From: Takakia lepidozioides | Lineage: Eukaryota > Plantae > Bryophyta | Direction: 5' to 3' | NCBI GenBank assembly: GCA_030704615.1 | Contig: CM060734.1 | Span: forward strand, 58,280,001 to 58,344,000 | Length of the DNA stretch: 64,000 nt | In this document: piece by piece, positions 25,391 to 37,404 of the stretch | Position numbering within the stretch: position 1 is the stretch's first letter | How the letters are laid out: each line of letters opens with the position of its first letter | Notes under the pieces: model-generated | Told to the model about the DNA's origin: nothing | What the model saw: only the letters and a program-made list of their open reading frames with translations | Database searches by the model: none | Position numbers and translations under genes: made by a program

Positions 25391-28300
25391 TCACCTGCCA
25401 ACTGCAGCATAAATATTTGATAGCTGGACATCACTTGCAGTGTCCTGTGGATCCCACTTCAGAAGGCATCTTGCTGCACGTTCTGCTAGCCTCACATTAC
25501 CATGGATCCTGCAGGCTCCAAGCAATGCCTTCCACACTGAAGCATCTGGTTCAATTGGCATTTTTGCAATGAAGTACTCTGCCTCATCCAACTGCCCTGC
25601 ACGGCCAAGAAGGTCCACCATGCAGCCAAAATGGTCCACTGTCGGAGTGAGGCCGTGATCTCGACTCATGCAATCAAAGTAGAGACGACCTTCATCCACA
25701 AGGCCCAGGTGACTGCATGCTGCGAGAACACATAGAAAGGTGACATCATCTGGCCTCAAGCCTTCCTGTTGCATTTGTTCAAATAGTTGGATAGCCTCCC
25801 TGCCACACCCATGCTGAGCATACCCTCCGATCATTGTGTTCCATGAGACCACATTTCGTTGAGCCATATTGTCAAATACTTGCTGGGCATCTTTCATGCT
25901 CCCACATTTAGCATACATATCGGCAAGGGCAGTGTCTAGAATGAGATCTGGTGCAATCCCAGCCTTGATGATGTAAGAATGCACCTCTACACCCTTTTCC
26001 AGGGCTGCAAGTCTTGCACACGCATTGAGAACACAAATAAATGTGACCTTGTCAGGCATCACCCCTTCCCATACCATTTGCTCATAGGTCGCCAAAGCCT
26101 CTCTGCAAAAGCCATGCTGAGAATATCCTCCTATCATGGCATTCCATGAAACCACGTTCCGTTGAGCAATACTGTCGAACACTTGGCACGCATCTTTTAA
26201 GCTCCTGCATTTGGCATACATGTCCACGAGTGTATTCTCCAGAATGATATCCGGCACAATTCCAGCCTTGATGATATCGCCATGCAACTCTCTGCCCTTT
26301 TCCAGAGCTGCCAGGCTGGCAGCCGCATTAAGAATGCTAATGAACGTCACCTTGTCGGGGGGCACCCCTTCCTGGATCAATTGCTCATAGATCTCGAAAG
26401 CACCCCTAGCACACCCATGCTTGGTATAACCTGCCATCATGGCATTCAACGAGACCACATCGTGTTGAGGCATAATGTCGAACACTTGACGTGCATCCTT
26501 TATGCTACCGCATTTGGCATACATGTCAACAAGGGCAGTGTCTAGCATGATATCTCGCGCAATTCCTGCTTTCTTGATATCAGCATGGACTTCTATGCCT
26601 TTACCCAGGGCTTCGAGGCTTGCACATGCATTGAGAATACCAATGAATGTGACCCTGTCTCGCATCACCCCTTCCTGTATCATTTTCTCATAGATTTCCA
26701 AAGCTTCCCTACCACACCCATGCTGAGCATAGGCAGTAATCATCACGTTCCATGAGACCACATCTCGCTTAGCCATACAATTGAACACCTGTTGTGCATC
26801 CTTTATGCTTCCACATTTGGCATACATATCAACAAGAGTGTTCTCCACATTTATATCTACCACGATTCTAGCTTCGATAATGTCAATATGGACTTCTATG
26901 CCCTTTTCCAGGGCTGCCAGGCTCGCACAAGCATTGAGAGTGCTGATGAAGGTGACCCTGTCAGGCATCACCCCTTCTCCTCTCATTTGCTCATACATCT
27001 TGAAAGCCTCTCTACCGCACCCCTGCTGAGCATATCCTGCTATCATGGCATTCCACGAGACCACATTCCGTTGAGCCATATTGTCAAACACTTGACGTGC
27101 TTCCTTTACACTCCCGCATTTGGCATACATGTTGACAATGGCACTGTCCAGAAGAATATCTGAACCAATTCGAGCTTTTATAATTGAAGCATGGACCTCT
27201 CTGCCCTTCTCAAGGGCTGCCAAGCTGGCACACGCCTTGAGAGCACACATGAATGTGACCTTGTTGTGCATCACTCCTTTCTGTATCATTTGCTCATAAA
27301 TCTCCAAAGCCTCCCTACCACACCCATTCTTAGCATATCCTCCGGTTATGACGTTCCATGACACTACATCTCGTCTAGCCATCTTGTCAAAAACTTGACG
27401 TGCATCCTTTAGGCTTCCACATTTGGCATACATGTCTACAAGGGTATTCTCCAGGACTACACTTGGCACAATTCCAGCTTTCAGAATGTCAGCATGGACT
27501 GCTATCCCCTTTTCCAGGGCTCCCAGACTCGTGCACGCCTTGAGAACGCAAATGTACGTGACCATGTTGGGCATCAGATCTTCCCGTATCATTTTCTCAT
27601 AGATCTTCAAAGCCTCCCTGCCACACCCAAGCTTTGCATATCCTGCTATCATTGTATTCCAGGTAATCATGTCTCGTGCAGGCATGCTATCAAACACTTT
27701 GCGTGCATCCAACACACTCCCACACTTGGCATACATGTTGAGAAGAGTGTTCATTAGAAAGATGTTTTGTTTGAATGCACCCTTGATAATATGGGCGTGC
27801 ACCTGCTTTCCCTCTTCTAGGCCTTGGATATTGATGCACTCCCGTAAGATACATACATAAGTATTGGAATCTACCCAGATAGTTTGATTGCTCAAAATGT
27901 CCAGCACCTCTTTCAGTTGTCCTGCCTGACATAGTGTCTTCAATTCCATACAAGTGCTAGAACAGTTCTTGTTGATACCCTCTGTTGTCCCCTCAAGACA
28001 GGATGGTGTGTGATACTCAAGCCTACAATCAGCCTCCATCCACCCCTTATAGGCGGGAACCTGATCAGATTGTGCTTGACCTTGTATCATGGCAGCGAGC
28101 TCTGCTTTCACCGAGTTGGTCAAACTCTCAATCCAAAGGGCCTCCTTTCTGTGCCTATGTCTGAAGTCTCGTGATCTTGGACTTCTCTGCAAAGAACCGC
28201 AATCGGCAGCTGAGCAGCCAAGGTTTTAAAACCAGCCTCACATAGACCAGGCTAGAACCCAAAAAGTGCCTCACACCATTTGCCTGTCCTAAATGAAGAT

Positions 28301-29100
28301 AGCCTCACCTTCTCAGACCATTTGTCCCAGCCTTGTAAAGGATCTGAGAAGAACTCCTGCCAGAGCTGTTCCATGGGCAATGCTTCACCTGGGTGTAAAT
28401 ACTGCAAGAGTATCAGCGTTTTGCCAGCCACCTTCATCAAGCAGTGCTAGGTAGCTTTGGATGACACTTCTGCAGGTCCATTCTCTGGCCCATGCACACA
28501 ACTTTCCAAAATTACAGATTTTACAGAAGTTCATGACCATGTAGCTTTGGATGACACTTCTGCAGGTCCATTCTCTGGCCCATGCACACAACTTTCCAAA
28601 ATTACAGATTTTACAGAAGTTCATGACCATGCTTGTGGTGGCTAGGGCCAGCATTCGAGCCAGGCTAATTGGTTGCTGATACTCAGATCACCCACTTGAC
28701 TAGATTCTGCAGTTCAACCACAATCTGGACCCTCACCATGATGGCAGCTAGCTTTCCTTTCGGGTTCAATCAACCTTTAATCGGAGGAAGTTTTTTGTCC
28801 TGCTTATATCTGAAGTTTGGTGATATTGGAATTTCCTGTGAAAACAATCAGTGGGCAGCTAAGTTGCCGTACCTTCACCAATGGTCTCACATAGACCAGG
28901 CTACACCCAGCAGGGCTCCAAGCATCTTCCAGATAACAGGGAATGGACTTGAACAACATACTTTGAAACAAAGGCTGGCATGCCAATTTTTTGGGCCTGG
29001 ATTGTATCTTCCAAGTGCAGATAGCCTCACCTTACGAGATCTGTTGCCCCAAGACCCAGAAGGATTGGAGAAGAACTGCAAAAACTGCCCTATGCCTGTT
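25391..29100 (-). CDS. PLS-class PPR protein (7 L-S-P triplets, L2-S2-E1, truncated E2) with two N-terminal PDF-like motifs
   Basis: 933 aa ORF of PLS motifs. Upstream exon EQLWQEFFSDPLQGWDKWSEK ends at 28309 (GT donor) and joins AG|RSPRSRDFRHRHRKEALWIES at 28186. A second degenerate unit lies at ~29090-28780. True start not resolved. Confidence 0.85.
28451..28630. repeat. Perfect 90 bp tandem duplication
   Basis: 28451-28540 = 28541-28630. Confidence 0.95.
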
Positions 29101-30756
29101 GCTTGGCCTGCATAAGAACAGCTAAAATACAGATCTTTAGCAGCTTCTGACTGTTTAAGTCCTAATGATGGGTACTATCTTAGCTTCCATGTTACTCTTT
29201 CTCTTTTTGCACACTTTTTTCCTTACAGTATATATGAGTAAGTACATAGGAAACCCCCTTCCCTTGCTGCTTCAAACCTTGTCTATACCCAACTTGTACA
29301 TTTAATAGCCAATTCCTTTGCACCAACAGCGTACAAAACTGCACTCAATTTAAGGATGAGGGTTGTACATTCTGGTGGGCCGATACCCAACAACTAGCTC
29401 TTAGTATAGGGACTCTGTCCTCAAGGTATGTCAGCCAACGCCAACTAGTACATCATCTTCCCCAGACATATGTGCGTGCTAACGTTCCCGGCATTATGGG
29501 AGGCAAGTGGAGGGGGAATCATGCACATGGGCTGGGCGCATCCAAGCCTATTTGGGTAGAAAACAGCGAGGTGCAGTAGACTTCCCTTTGGATCTTGGTA
29601 GCAAGGAGGAGACGCACCGTAGTCTGTAGGATGTATCCAAATACCTCGCATAAGTCCTTCAAAGTGGAGTTTTGAAGGAGGTTAGGAGGTGGGGCACATC
29701 TTTAGGACAGAGGTTGCGAGGTTGGGAAGTGCATGTGCTCATTGGCTATCTGCCGTTCTTTCTCTCTCTGCCCTGCCCTTTCTCACAGAGTGACTTGCAT
29801 GGCAATCACCACAACTGGTCTCACGTCCGGTTCGGTCAGTGGGCTGCGGTGCTGACATACATCTGTGCCAGCCCTTGTAAACAACACTCTGATAGTGGTT
29901 GGCTGCTATGGCGTTTCTGGGCCGAATGCCTATAGTCTGTGGCGTAAAAATAAAAACCACTTGAGGAGGGGTTGACATCACATGGTGACTATGACGTCAT
30001 AGATGGCATATGGGCAGGGTAGTGAGCATCCCAGAGGGAAATATGGCCGCAAGCAGCGATCATTACCTACCTCTCTGTCTGTGTTGAGTGATTGATGAAT
30101 GGAACACCACAAGAAGACAGGGTCTTGAACATGACAAATGCTTGTGTTTTCCGGAAAATACCCGGGCACGCTGCCATCCCTGTGCTTATGATAGACATAA
30201 GAGAGCAGTACACGAGAGCGACAAAAAAATCAATCCCATTCACGCGAGCAACGAAATCAGGCTTCGCTCATTTCCTCACTTGGTCTCTGGGGTTTTCAAA
30301 CAATTAGAGAGCGCCCTCTAATTAAGACCTATCTGGCATCAATGGGCACCTCCAGGAGATCCCCGAAACAATGCGATCGACAGGGCCAGTGACAATTTGG
30401 AGGGAAGAGCAGCATTTCAAGTAGATCCTCCGCACTTCACAGTTTTATACCGAAGCTTAGAGAGGAAGATAGAAGTCCCTCAGAGGACAAACTCCCACTA
30501 CTGGGACACTGTTTGCAGGAGACAGGGAGGGGGATCCCGGGAGTCCCTAAACCCTAGGGAATGTATGTAATGTGCCTCCAAAGGGAGAAACCTGTCCAGC
30601 TACAGAGCCCATTTTTCATCGGTGTCCATTGATGTTCCCAAGAGTTCCCGAGAGGAGGTGGGACTCGGGGGTATAGGTAGAGAGGTTGAAGCACGGCAGC
30701 AGCTCGGCCATGGCTGCCTGCCACTTTCAAGCTTCTTCACACTGCAGCCTGCGCGC

Positions 30757-31474
30757 ATGGAGACGAACTCCGTAACCGCATCCTGTGCTCCCATTTGTCA
30801 GGTTGGTTTGTTTTTTCTGCACACCAATTTTCCCATCATGCTCAGTTTTTGGCAGTTTGCATGAGGTAGCTGAAGGAAGCATTACTGCAGGGAGGCTCCA
30901 CTGAGAGGGTGAGGCCGCAGCGCAGGGGATGGATCGAACGGAAGCTGGATTGGATTGAGAGGAAAGTATTTTTGTACAATGTGACCTTGGGCCTCTATAT
31001 GTTGGACTGGTGGGAGCGATACCTTTTCAGTATCCTGTCTCTTCAGAGTGTATCTGATTGTCATGGCTTTTCGCATAATCTGGGCATTTAGGGGAGAGCT
31101 GATTCCACTCTGCTCCCTGTGTGTATTGTGGCCTGGATTCAGTAACTGGTGCTGGACAGTTTAGGGTTCTCGGTACAGAGGGAGGTAGAATTTTAATAAG
31201 GATTCTCTACTGATCTTTTACTAGACTAGGTCCTCTTGGGACTAATTCATTCATTCGAGAGGTCTAACACCGAGACGTGCCCAGTCTCTGCAAGTTATGT
31301 GTTGAGCTGGGCTCTGGCACCATCTGGGAAGTGCCAGTGGCTGCATGTGCTGGCTAGGAGATGAGAGCAAAGGCATTCTCCTTGACACAGGTGGCAGATA
31401 CACTTCTTCTTCTGTTGCTGTGGTTTCTGTGCTACAAGGGCTTCCATTTCTCTGTTCGGTGTTATGAGGGGTAA
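30757..31474 (+). CDS. ssSPT: Small subunit of serine palmitoyltransferase; exons 30757-30801, 30891-31029, 31398-31474
   Basis: Spliced product METNSVTASCAPICQGGSTERVRPQRRGWIERKLDWIERKVFLYNVTLGLYMLDWWERYLFNTLLLLLLWFLCYKGFHFSVRCYEG. YNVTxGLYMLDWWERYLFN is the plant ssSPT signature. A further 3' exon is possible (GTAAG at 31471). Confidence 0.9.
31030..31397 (+). other. U12-type (minor spliceosome) GT-AG intron
   Basis: 5' site GTATCCT; branch site TCCTTGAC (31379-31386) 12 nt before the AG. Splicing restores the conserved F-N junction. Confidence 0.88.
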
Positions 31475-31520
31475 GGTTTATAACCCGCTGTGCCTCAGCT
31501 CCTTCAACCCTATGTCCTCC

Positions 31521-31526
31521 CTCTCT

Positions 31527-31561
<35 letters not shown>
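31521..31561. repeat. (CT)n microsatellite (another at ~37897-37921)
   Basis: Seen directly. Confidence 0.9.
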
Positions 31562-31563
<2 letters not shown>

Positions 31564-32997
31564 CCTGGTTGCCCGAAGTGTGCTCCACTTTCCAGTACTT
31601 TGGTGTGTTGTCCAGAGTGTACATTGGCTTTGAGGTGACTCTGGACAGTGTCATTGATCAGTGTAGTGTCAGTGTAGTCTTGCAGTCTCTTAGGCTCTCT
31701 ATTCATGCAGTGTTTTGGCATGCTACTTCATGCATCAATTCACACCGACTGTCCTCCCACAACACCAACATCACCCTTTTACAATGGGACTGTCGATGTG
31801 TGCATGCCAGATGTGTCATGAATTTTTTTCACCAACCCAAACACACAGCGGTGCTGAAAGTGAAGTTGTTTGACATGGGGTGGATGGGGTTGAAGGACAC
31901 TACAGGCATACCAGGAGTGGACGATCGCACGGTAAGCTATATATCCTTTACAACCCTATCAACCAAGCTGTGTATATTATGCAAATGTTCCTGACCGACG
32001 AACGAAACAATTTTGGACTGGGAACAGAGCAAAAACAAAATTTTGTTTTTGGTTTGTAGTTTGAGAACTGAAAATACATCGACCGTACCAGGTTAAAGGT
32101 GTAGTCAAAGTCCACAATACTACCTTTGAGAAAGAGATGAACCCTACAATATGTTTCACTGTCACAAGATATAATGCTGATTATTTCTGTGCATGCCAGA
32201 GAGTTTATTTCCTCAAATGTTTTGTGCAAATTATGTCTACGTCAAGCTGTTTACACTTGTGAATGGGCCCTGTTGTGGTCATTCCCTGGTCACTCTTTTC
32301 CCCTACATTGCGCTACGCGTCCCTCATCTCCTCATGAGAGAGTTCAGGCTGCCGCTCCTTCATAACATATGGATGGTGCTCTTGTGCAGGCATAAGAACA
32401 CGGCTATGAGTGGTGAAGGGTAGCAGGGAAGATGAATCCTGGATTGAACTGCACAATGCCACCCATGTTCTCCAAAATAGGTTTGTGCTTTCAGGTATTT
32501 GGATTGCTTAGACTTGTAGGTAGGTGTGCAGATGGGGATTGTGAAGCCAGGCACAACTATTGTTCTAGGTGACATTGATTACGCAGGTGATTTCCATCTG
32601 CTACTACTAGGTGGCTCTATTCACTGTCAGTATTGTATGGCACAGGATTGCTACATTTGCTTTAGACTTCAATGGCTCCACATATTTCGTCAACGGACTG
32701 ACAAACTTGGAGATACTTGTCCCACATTCCCATACATATAATGTGGATGCATAGCTGCATTATGCTAGCATGCTCCCAGAGCAGTCTATTAAGAGCTGTG
32801 CATCTGGAAACAGTTCATGTTCTTTAGTTTCATCCATCTCAAAAAAATTCATGCGTTCCACGTTTTATCAATGAATCGATTTTGGCGTTTGGAGGTTTGA
32901 ACCCAGGATCACCCTGGTTTATCCGCACTGGGCCCTGTATTATAGATGGCATTCATCCGAAAAATTCACGCGTTCTACGTTCATTAATGCAAACGAA

Positions 32998-33007
32998 TTT
33001 TGGCGCC
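32998..33007 (+). promoter_or_regulatory. Candidate E2F site upstream of MYB3R
   Basis: TTTTGGCGCC fits TTTSSCGS. It lies in a ~45 bp diverged direct repeat whose other copy has TTTTGGCGT at ~32880. Confidence 0.4.
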
Positions 33008-33371
33008 TCAAGATGAGAACGTGCATCAGACAGCGTTGCGTGAAGGAGACGTGTGTGGCTTGTCCGCAGTGGTTTGTGAGCCGCGAGCGGGGAGAAAAAT
33101 CCAAACATTCTCTGCACTCCCTGCGCGTTTCATTTGTGAGAGCCTTGTGAGACAGGCCCGGGGGGAGTTCTACAATCAGTTTGTCAATTTTGTGCAATAC
33201 AATATACACGATTTCTGCATAATGTTCATGTGACCAGAGCATGGTGGTTGAATGAATTTGAAGTTTAGATCATCTCTGTAACATCCAGATTTCAGATAAG
33301 AGCACAGGTTTAAGGCCACCTTGGGTGTGGTGACATTTGTGAAGCGGAAGTATCGTTATCAAAGGGAAGAA

Positions 33372-36300
33372 ATGGAAACCGTTGCGTGCAAGCAGCGTAC
33401 GAGGCAGGGGAAACGGAAGATGCAGGCATGCACCACGTCCAGCTCGGCTTCTGAGTCCTCGTGTGCGACTATTTCTGACGACGAGTTTGCGTCACCTTCC
33501 CCCACTAGACCAAGGTGCTTGATGATGTACTCAGTTGTGCCTGTTATCAAGACAAAAGGAAACTACACCATGACAGGTGGAATTCTGATGGTTGATATGG
33601 AATTAGGCTAAAGGTTACCTCAAGGCTACTACGTGAAAATTGTGTTGATAAATAATATTTGCAGCTCTTACATAGCAGGAGGCGCCATGAATCGTCCCTG
33701 GTTGTCTAAGATCGCGTTCCTTCTCTCTCTTCACAAGGACAACCTTATGAACCACAGTCCTGACTCTTAGTTTTTGGTGATGAGTTATCTGTATTCAACT
33801 AGCCGTTAATCGATTTGTATTTTTACTACCTAGGCCTGTGATCATCAAGAAAAATGCCAAGAGTGAACGCCGTTGTTGCGGTAGTTCCTGCAATTAGCAG
33901 GTCGCTGAGGTCTGGATCAAAGCACAAGCTAACTGAATATCAAGGAATTCGTACGGGTCGTTCATGACAGGCTTCACGTGTACTTGATTCGCAAAGACAT
34001 ACACATGGCACTAAGCAGTGCGTCAGTCTCGCGTCAGTGACAAAATGCAACAAAAATCAGAAATCTGTACTAATAAGCGACGTCTAAATGTTGCAAACAA
34101 ATGTGCTTATCGGTACTGTTGTGGTGTGATCCAGGTGCACTAAGATTGCCTTGACACCGTCCACGATTCGCAAGCCTGGGGCCAAGGGCACTTGGACTTC
34201 AAAAGAGGTGATCTATCGAAGCCACATTACACGTTTCTTGACTAAGAAAACATGTGTATATATTTGTCCTGTCCCGCTGTCACATGTTATAATTCACATT
34301 ACACACTCCTTAATGCATGCTACGATCTTCACAACATAGTCCGTGGAAATTATGTACAGATGGGAATAGAAGGATTAAGCTAGCTAACTCTGGGACTCAA
34401 GAATATGCCCAGGAGATGTTAATAGAAGAGAGATCGGCCAATACAGGTGCCACCGCGGATTTATCTGGTCTCCATAAGACCGCTTAACGTACTTTTATGT
34501 ACAGATGTGTTTATCCGGCCTTCATCTACACGTGTTCTTGAAGATTCAAGCAGTAGTAGGGACAGGCCCGGCTACTAGAAACTTGAGTTCTTCCCTAGGC
34601 AACTTGCAAGACTGGAATGGTGAACATTCAGGGAATTTGGGATCCAAGGGAAGGGGAGCTGAAGTACACCTGGTCAAACAATAGAGCCCCGCCAAACATG
34701 TTGATAGCATGTATATTGTGCCAATGGACATTAACTTGTGTGGAGCTGAACAAATGCAGGACGACAATCTTCGCCTTGCGGTGCAACAATTTCAAGGCAG
34801 GTCATGGAAGAAGATTGGTATGTAGAATCACTTTCCACGAATCACTTCTCTCCCTGTAGTGAGCCGTACATCTGAAATTATCTTTGGTAGAGATAATGTC
34901 CTCATATAATCTTGACGTTGCAGTTTGTCTTAACGGAAATTTATAGAGAATCTGAATGTGACTTCCTCATCGACTAGCACAAAGTAATTTGTACAGATTT
35001 TGATGGTTCAAATGACATCCTGAACTTCTACTGTCAATTGACCTCGACAATCGCATGGAGGCCTCAGGTATGAACATAACGTTGCAGCAGTCTTGCTGAG
35101 GGTGACACAGCCAGAATAGCACTGCGGATATTCTTATAACGGGCGAACGTAGTATCCTGAGCGGTAGGGAGTAGGGACAGGAGAATACTGTTAGACAATG
35201 GTTAGTTTTTACAATTTGGCACTGGCTGGCATACAGCGGCGTGCCTGGACAACCGCACGGATGTCCAATGCTTGCATCGCTGGCAGAAGGTACTCAATCC
35301 CAATCTCGTCAAAGGTTACTGGACCAGCGAGGTAAAAATCTTTTGAACTCATCACCCAGTGTTTTCTTGTTAATCAGCTCTCGAAAATTTTGCTCTCGTG
35401 TGAGCAGATATCTGAAGTTATCATACATCTAGTAGTTGCCATCCACAGGTCTTGGTATTGTCAGAATAGCCGAAGTCAAGGAGGAAAACCTTGGATATCT
35501 ATCTATAACATCGTGAGTAAAGGTCAAAAACTTGTAATAACAAAATTTACTGGCCGTATGGCATTTGAAACATTAGACGTTACTCGGGTTTACTGCATAG
35601 GTCCAGAGGTCTGGCATAGAACCTTCATGAGAGTAGAGCTCTTAGAATTTGATAGCAGGGAGATGGATAGCAATCACCGTCAAGGCTTATAACAGTTCAT
35701 GGGACGCAGGAAGACGATCGAATAATGGAGCTGGTGGGACTCTTTGGGACGAAACGCTGGGCTGCAATCGCTCGGTGTCTGCCTGGCCGTATCGGCAAAC
35801 AATGCCGTGAGAGGTGAGTTTTATGCACTGCAAAATGTACCAGACTTCCTCACGACAGTTGTGGGGTTGAAGTGGCCTGGACTGTTTTTCATTAACTTAT
35901 TTGTAGTGGCAATGCCGACCGGTTCCAAAATGCTCTAGCTCGGGGGAACTTCCATTATCTACGGACAACAGGAAAAAAAGAATTGGAAGCTTGACCTCTG
36001 GACTATCAGAGGTTTCGATCCTGGGAACTGTGGGGCCACGATACATAGTCTATAGGTGGGCAGATGGTATAATTTCACAGTTGGAATTGAACTTCTGATT
36101 TGAAATTGTCGTTGACGATTGCTCTTGAAGCAAGGAAAGTGACACCTGCAGCATGCCTTGCGATATATTTGTTGCAATTCCAGGCACAGTTGGCATGGCC
36201 ATAACCGAGTCCAGGAATTTTTTTTGACGAACCTGAGTTTTGTTAGATATCCCAAGATCGAGGGGTGGTATTGTTGATGGTCTACATGTGATTGAGTCGT

Positions 36301-37404
36301 CCAGAGTTTCTCAGCCAATGTGCATTTTCGTTTCATTGAGTTCGGGAAAATCTGAGCGTCTGTTCAGTCACATCGGATTTCGAACCATCCCTGCTTGGTA
36401 CTGATATAATTTTCGAAACAAAGGATTTTCTCAGCGCTCCGCACCCACACTCGGTGGCAAGCCCTGTAGACTTTATGCACGGAAGCAACCCATGAAGTTT
36501 AAATGCAGCGATACCATTCAGCTACAACCCTGCCCGTAATAGTTGTCATGAAGATGCAATAATTAATGAGATAGGGTGTCAGGATGGCCAAGGTCAGTGG
36601 CAGGATGATGCAAGAATTTGGACCTCATTTGGACCCACATCCACCCAAGTCGGAGTGGGTAGTAAATAGTACTACTAAGAAAATCTGTAAACTGTAAATT
36701 TTTCTGGAGAGTCTCTCATGGCCAATTTGTATGGCAGATGGTTCAACCATTTAGACCCCAACATAAACCGTGATCCATGGACACCGCAAGAGGATGCAAA
36801 ATTGATGCAAGCTCATCAGAAGTTTGGCAACAAGTGGGCTGAGATTGCCAAGCTTCTGCCCGGCAGGTTTGTGATCTCCATCCTTGCTCCCTCTAGGCTA
36901 CGTAATAGTTTCCATATTTGTAGGCATTGCAACAAAAGAAGTTGAAGGAAAATGGTAAGACAGCCAATAAATCGGATGGCTGAGGATCCTTTCTTGCAGA
37001 ATCAGATCATAAAGAAGTCTAACAAGAAATCAGATCATGGATTCAGGGGTGAAATTTAATGGATCTAGTGAAATTTTGAAATTTCTCGTGAACACATCCT
37101 TGTTTTGTTGAATGACAGATCTGACAATGCCATCAAGAATCGATTCAACAGCGTGCTAAAGAAGATCAAGCTCGTCAATGCTTTCGCAACTCAGGCCGTG
37201 TCCTCTAGGTCACTGCAGAACCTGGACTGCGGAACCCCCAAGACATCAATTCGGACTAAGACCTTAACTGAGATGGAGGCTCCACACCGGATCATGAATC
37301 TGGCCGAATTCTGTGGTGGAGAGTGCAACATGATAATGAGTCCCATTGCTTCGACTCTGGACATGGACGAATTGAGAGTTGGTGTCCCTCCCTCTCTGTG
37401 TTAG
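33372..37404 (+). CDS. MYB3R: R1R2R3 (three-repeat) MYB transcription factor, multi-exon
   Basis: Exons give KGTWTSKE|DDNLRLAVQQFQGRSWKKI|..NRTDVQCLHRWQKVLNPNLVKGYWTSE|EDDRIMELV..WAAIARCLPGRIGKQCRER|WFNHLDPNINRDPWTPQED..GNKWAEIAKLLPGR|SDNAIKNRFNS. The 3' end may extend to ~37740. Confidence 0.9.
36004..36040 (-). pseudogene. tRNA-iMet 3'-half fragment in a MYB3R intron
   Basis: Minus strand CCCACAGTTCCCAGGATCGAAACCTCTGATA versus plant tRNA-iMet CCCACAGGTCCCAGGATCGAAACCTGGCTCTGATA (recalled). Confidence 0.6.
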
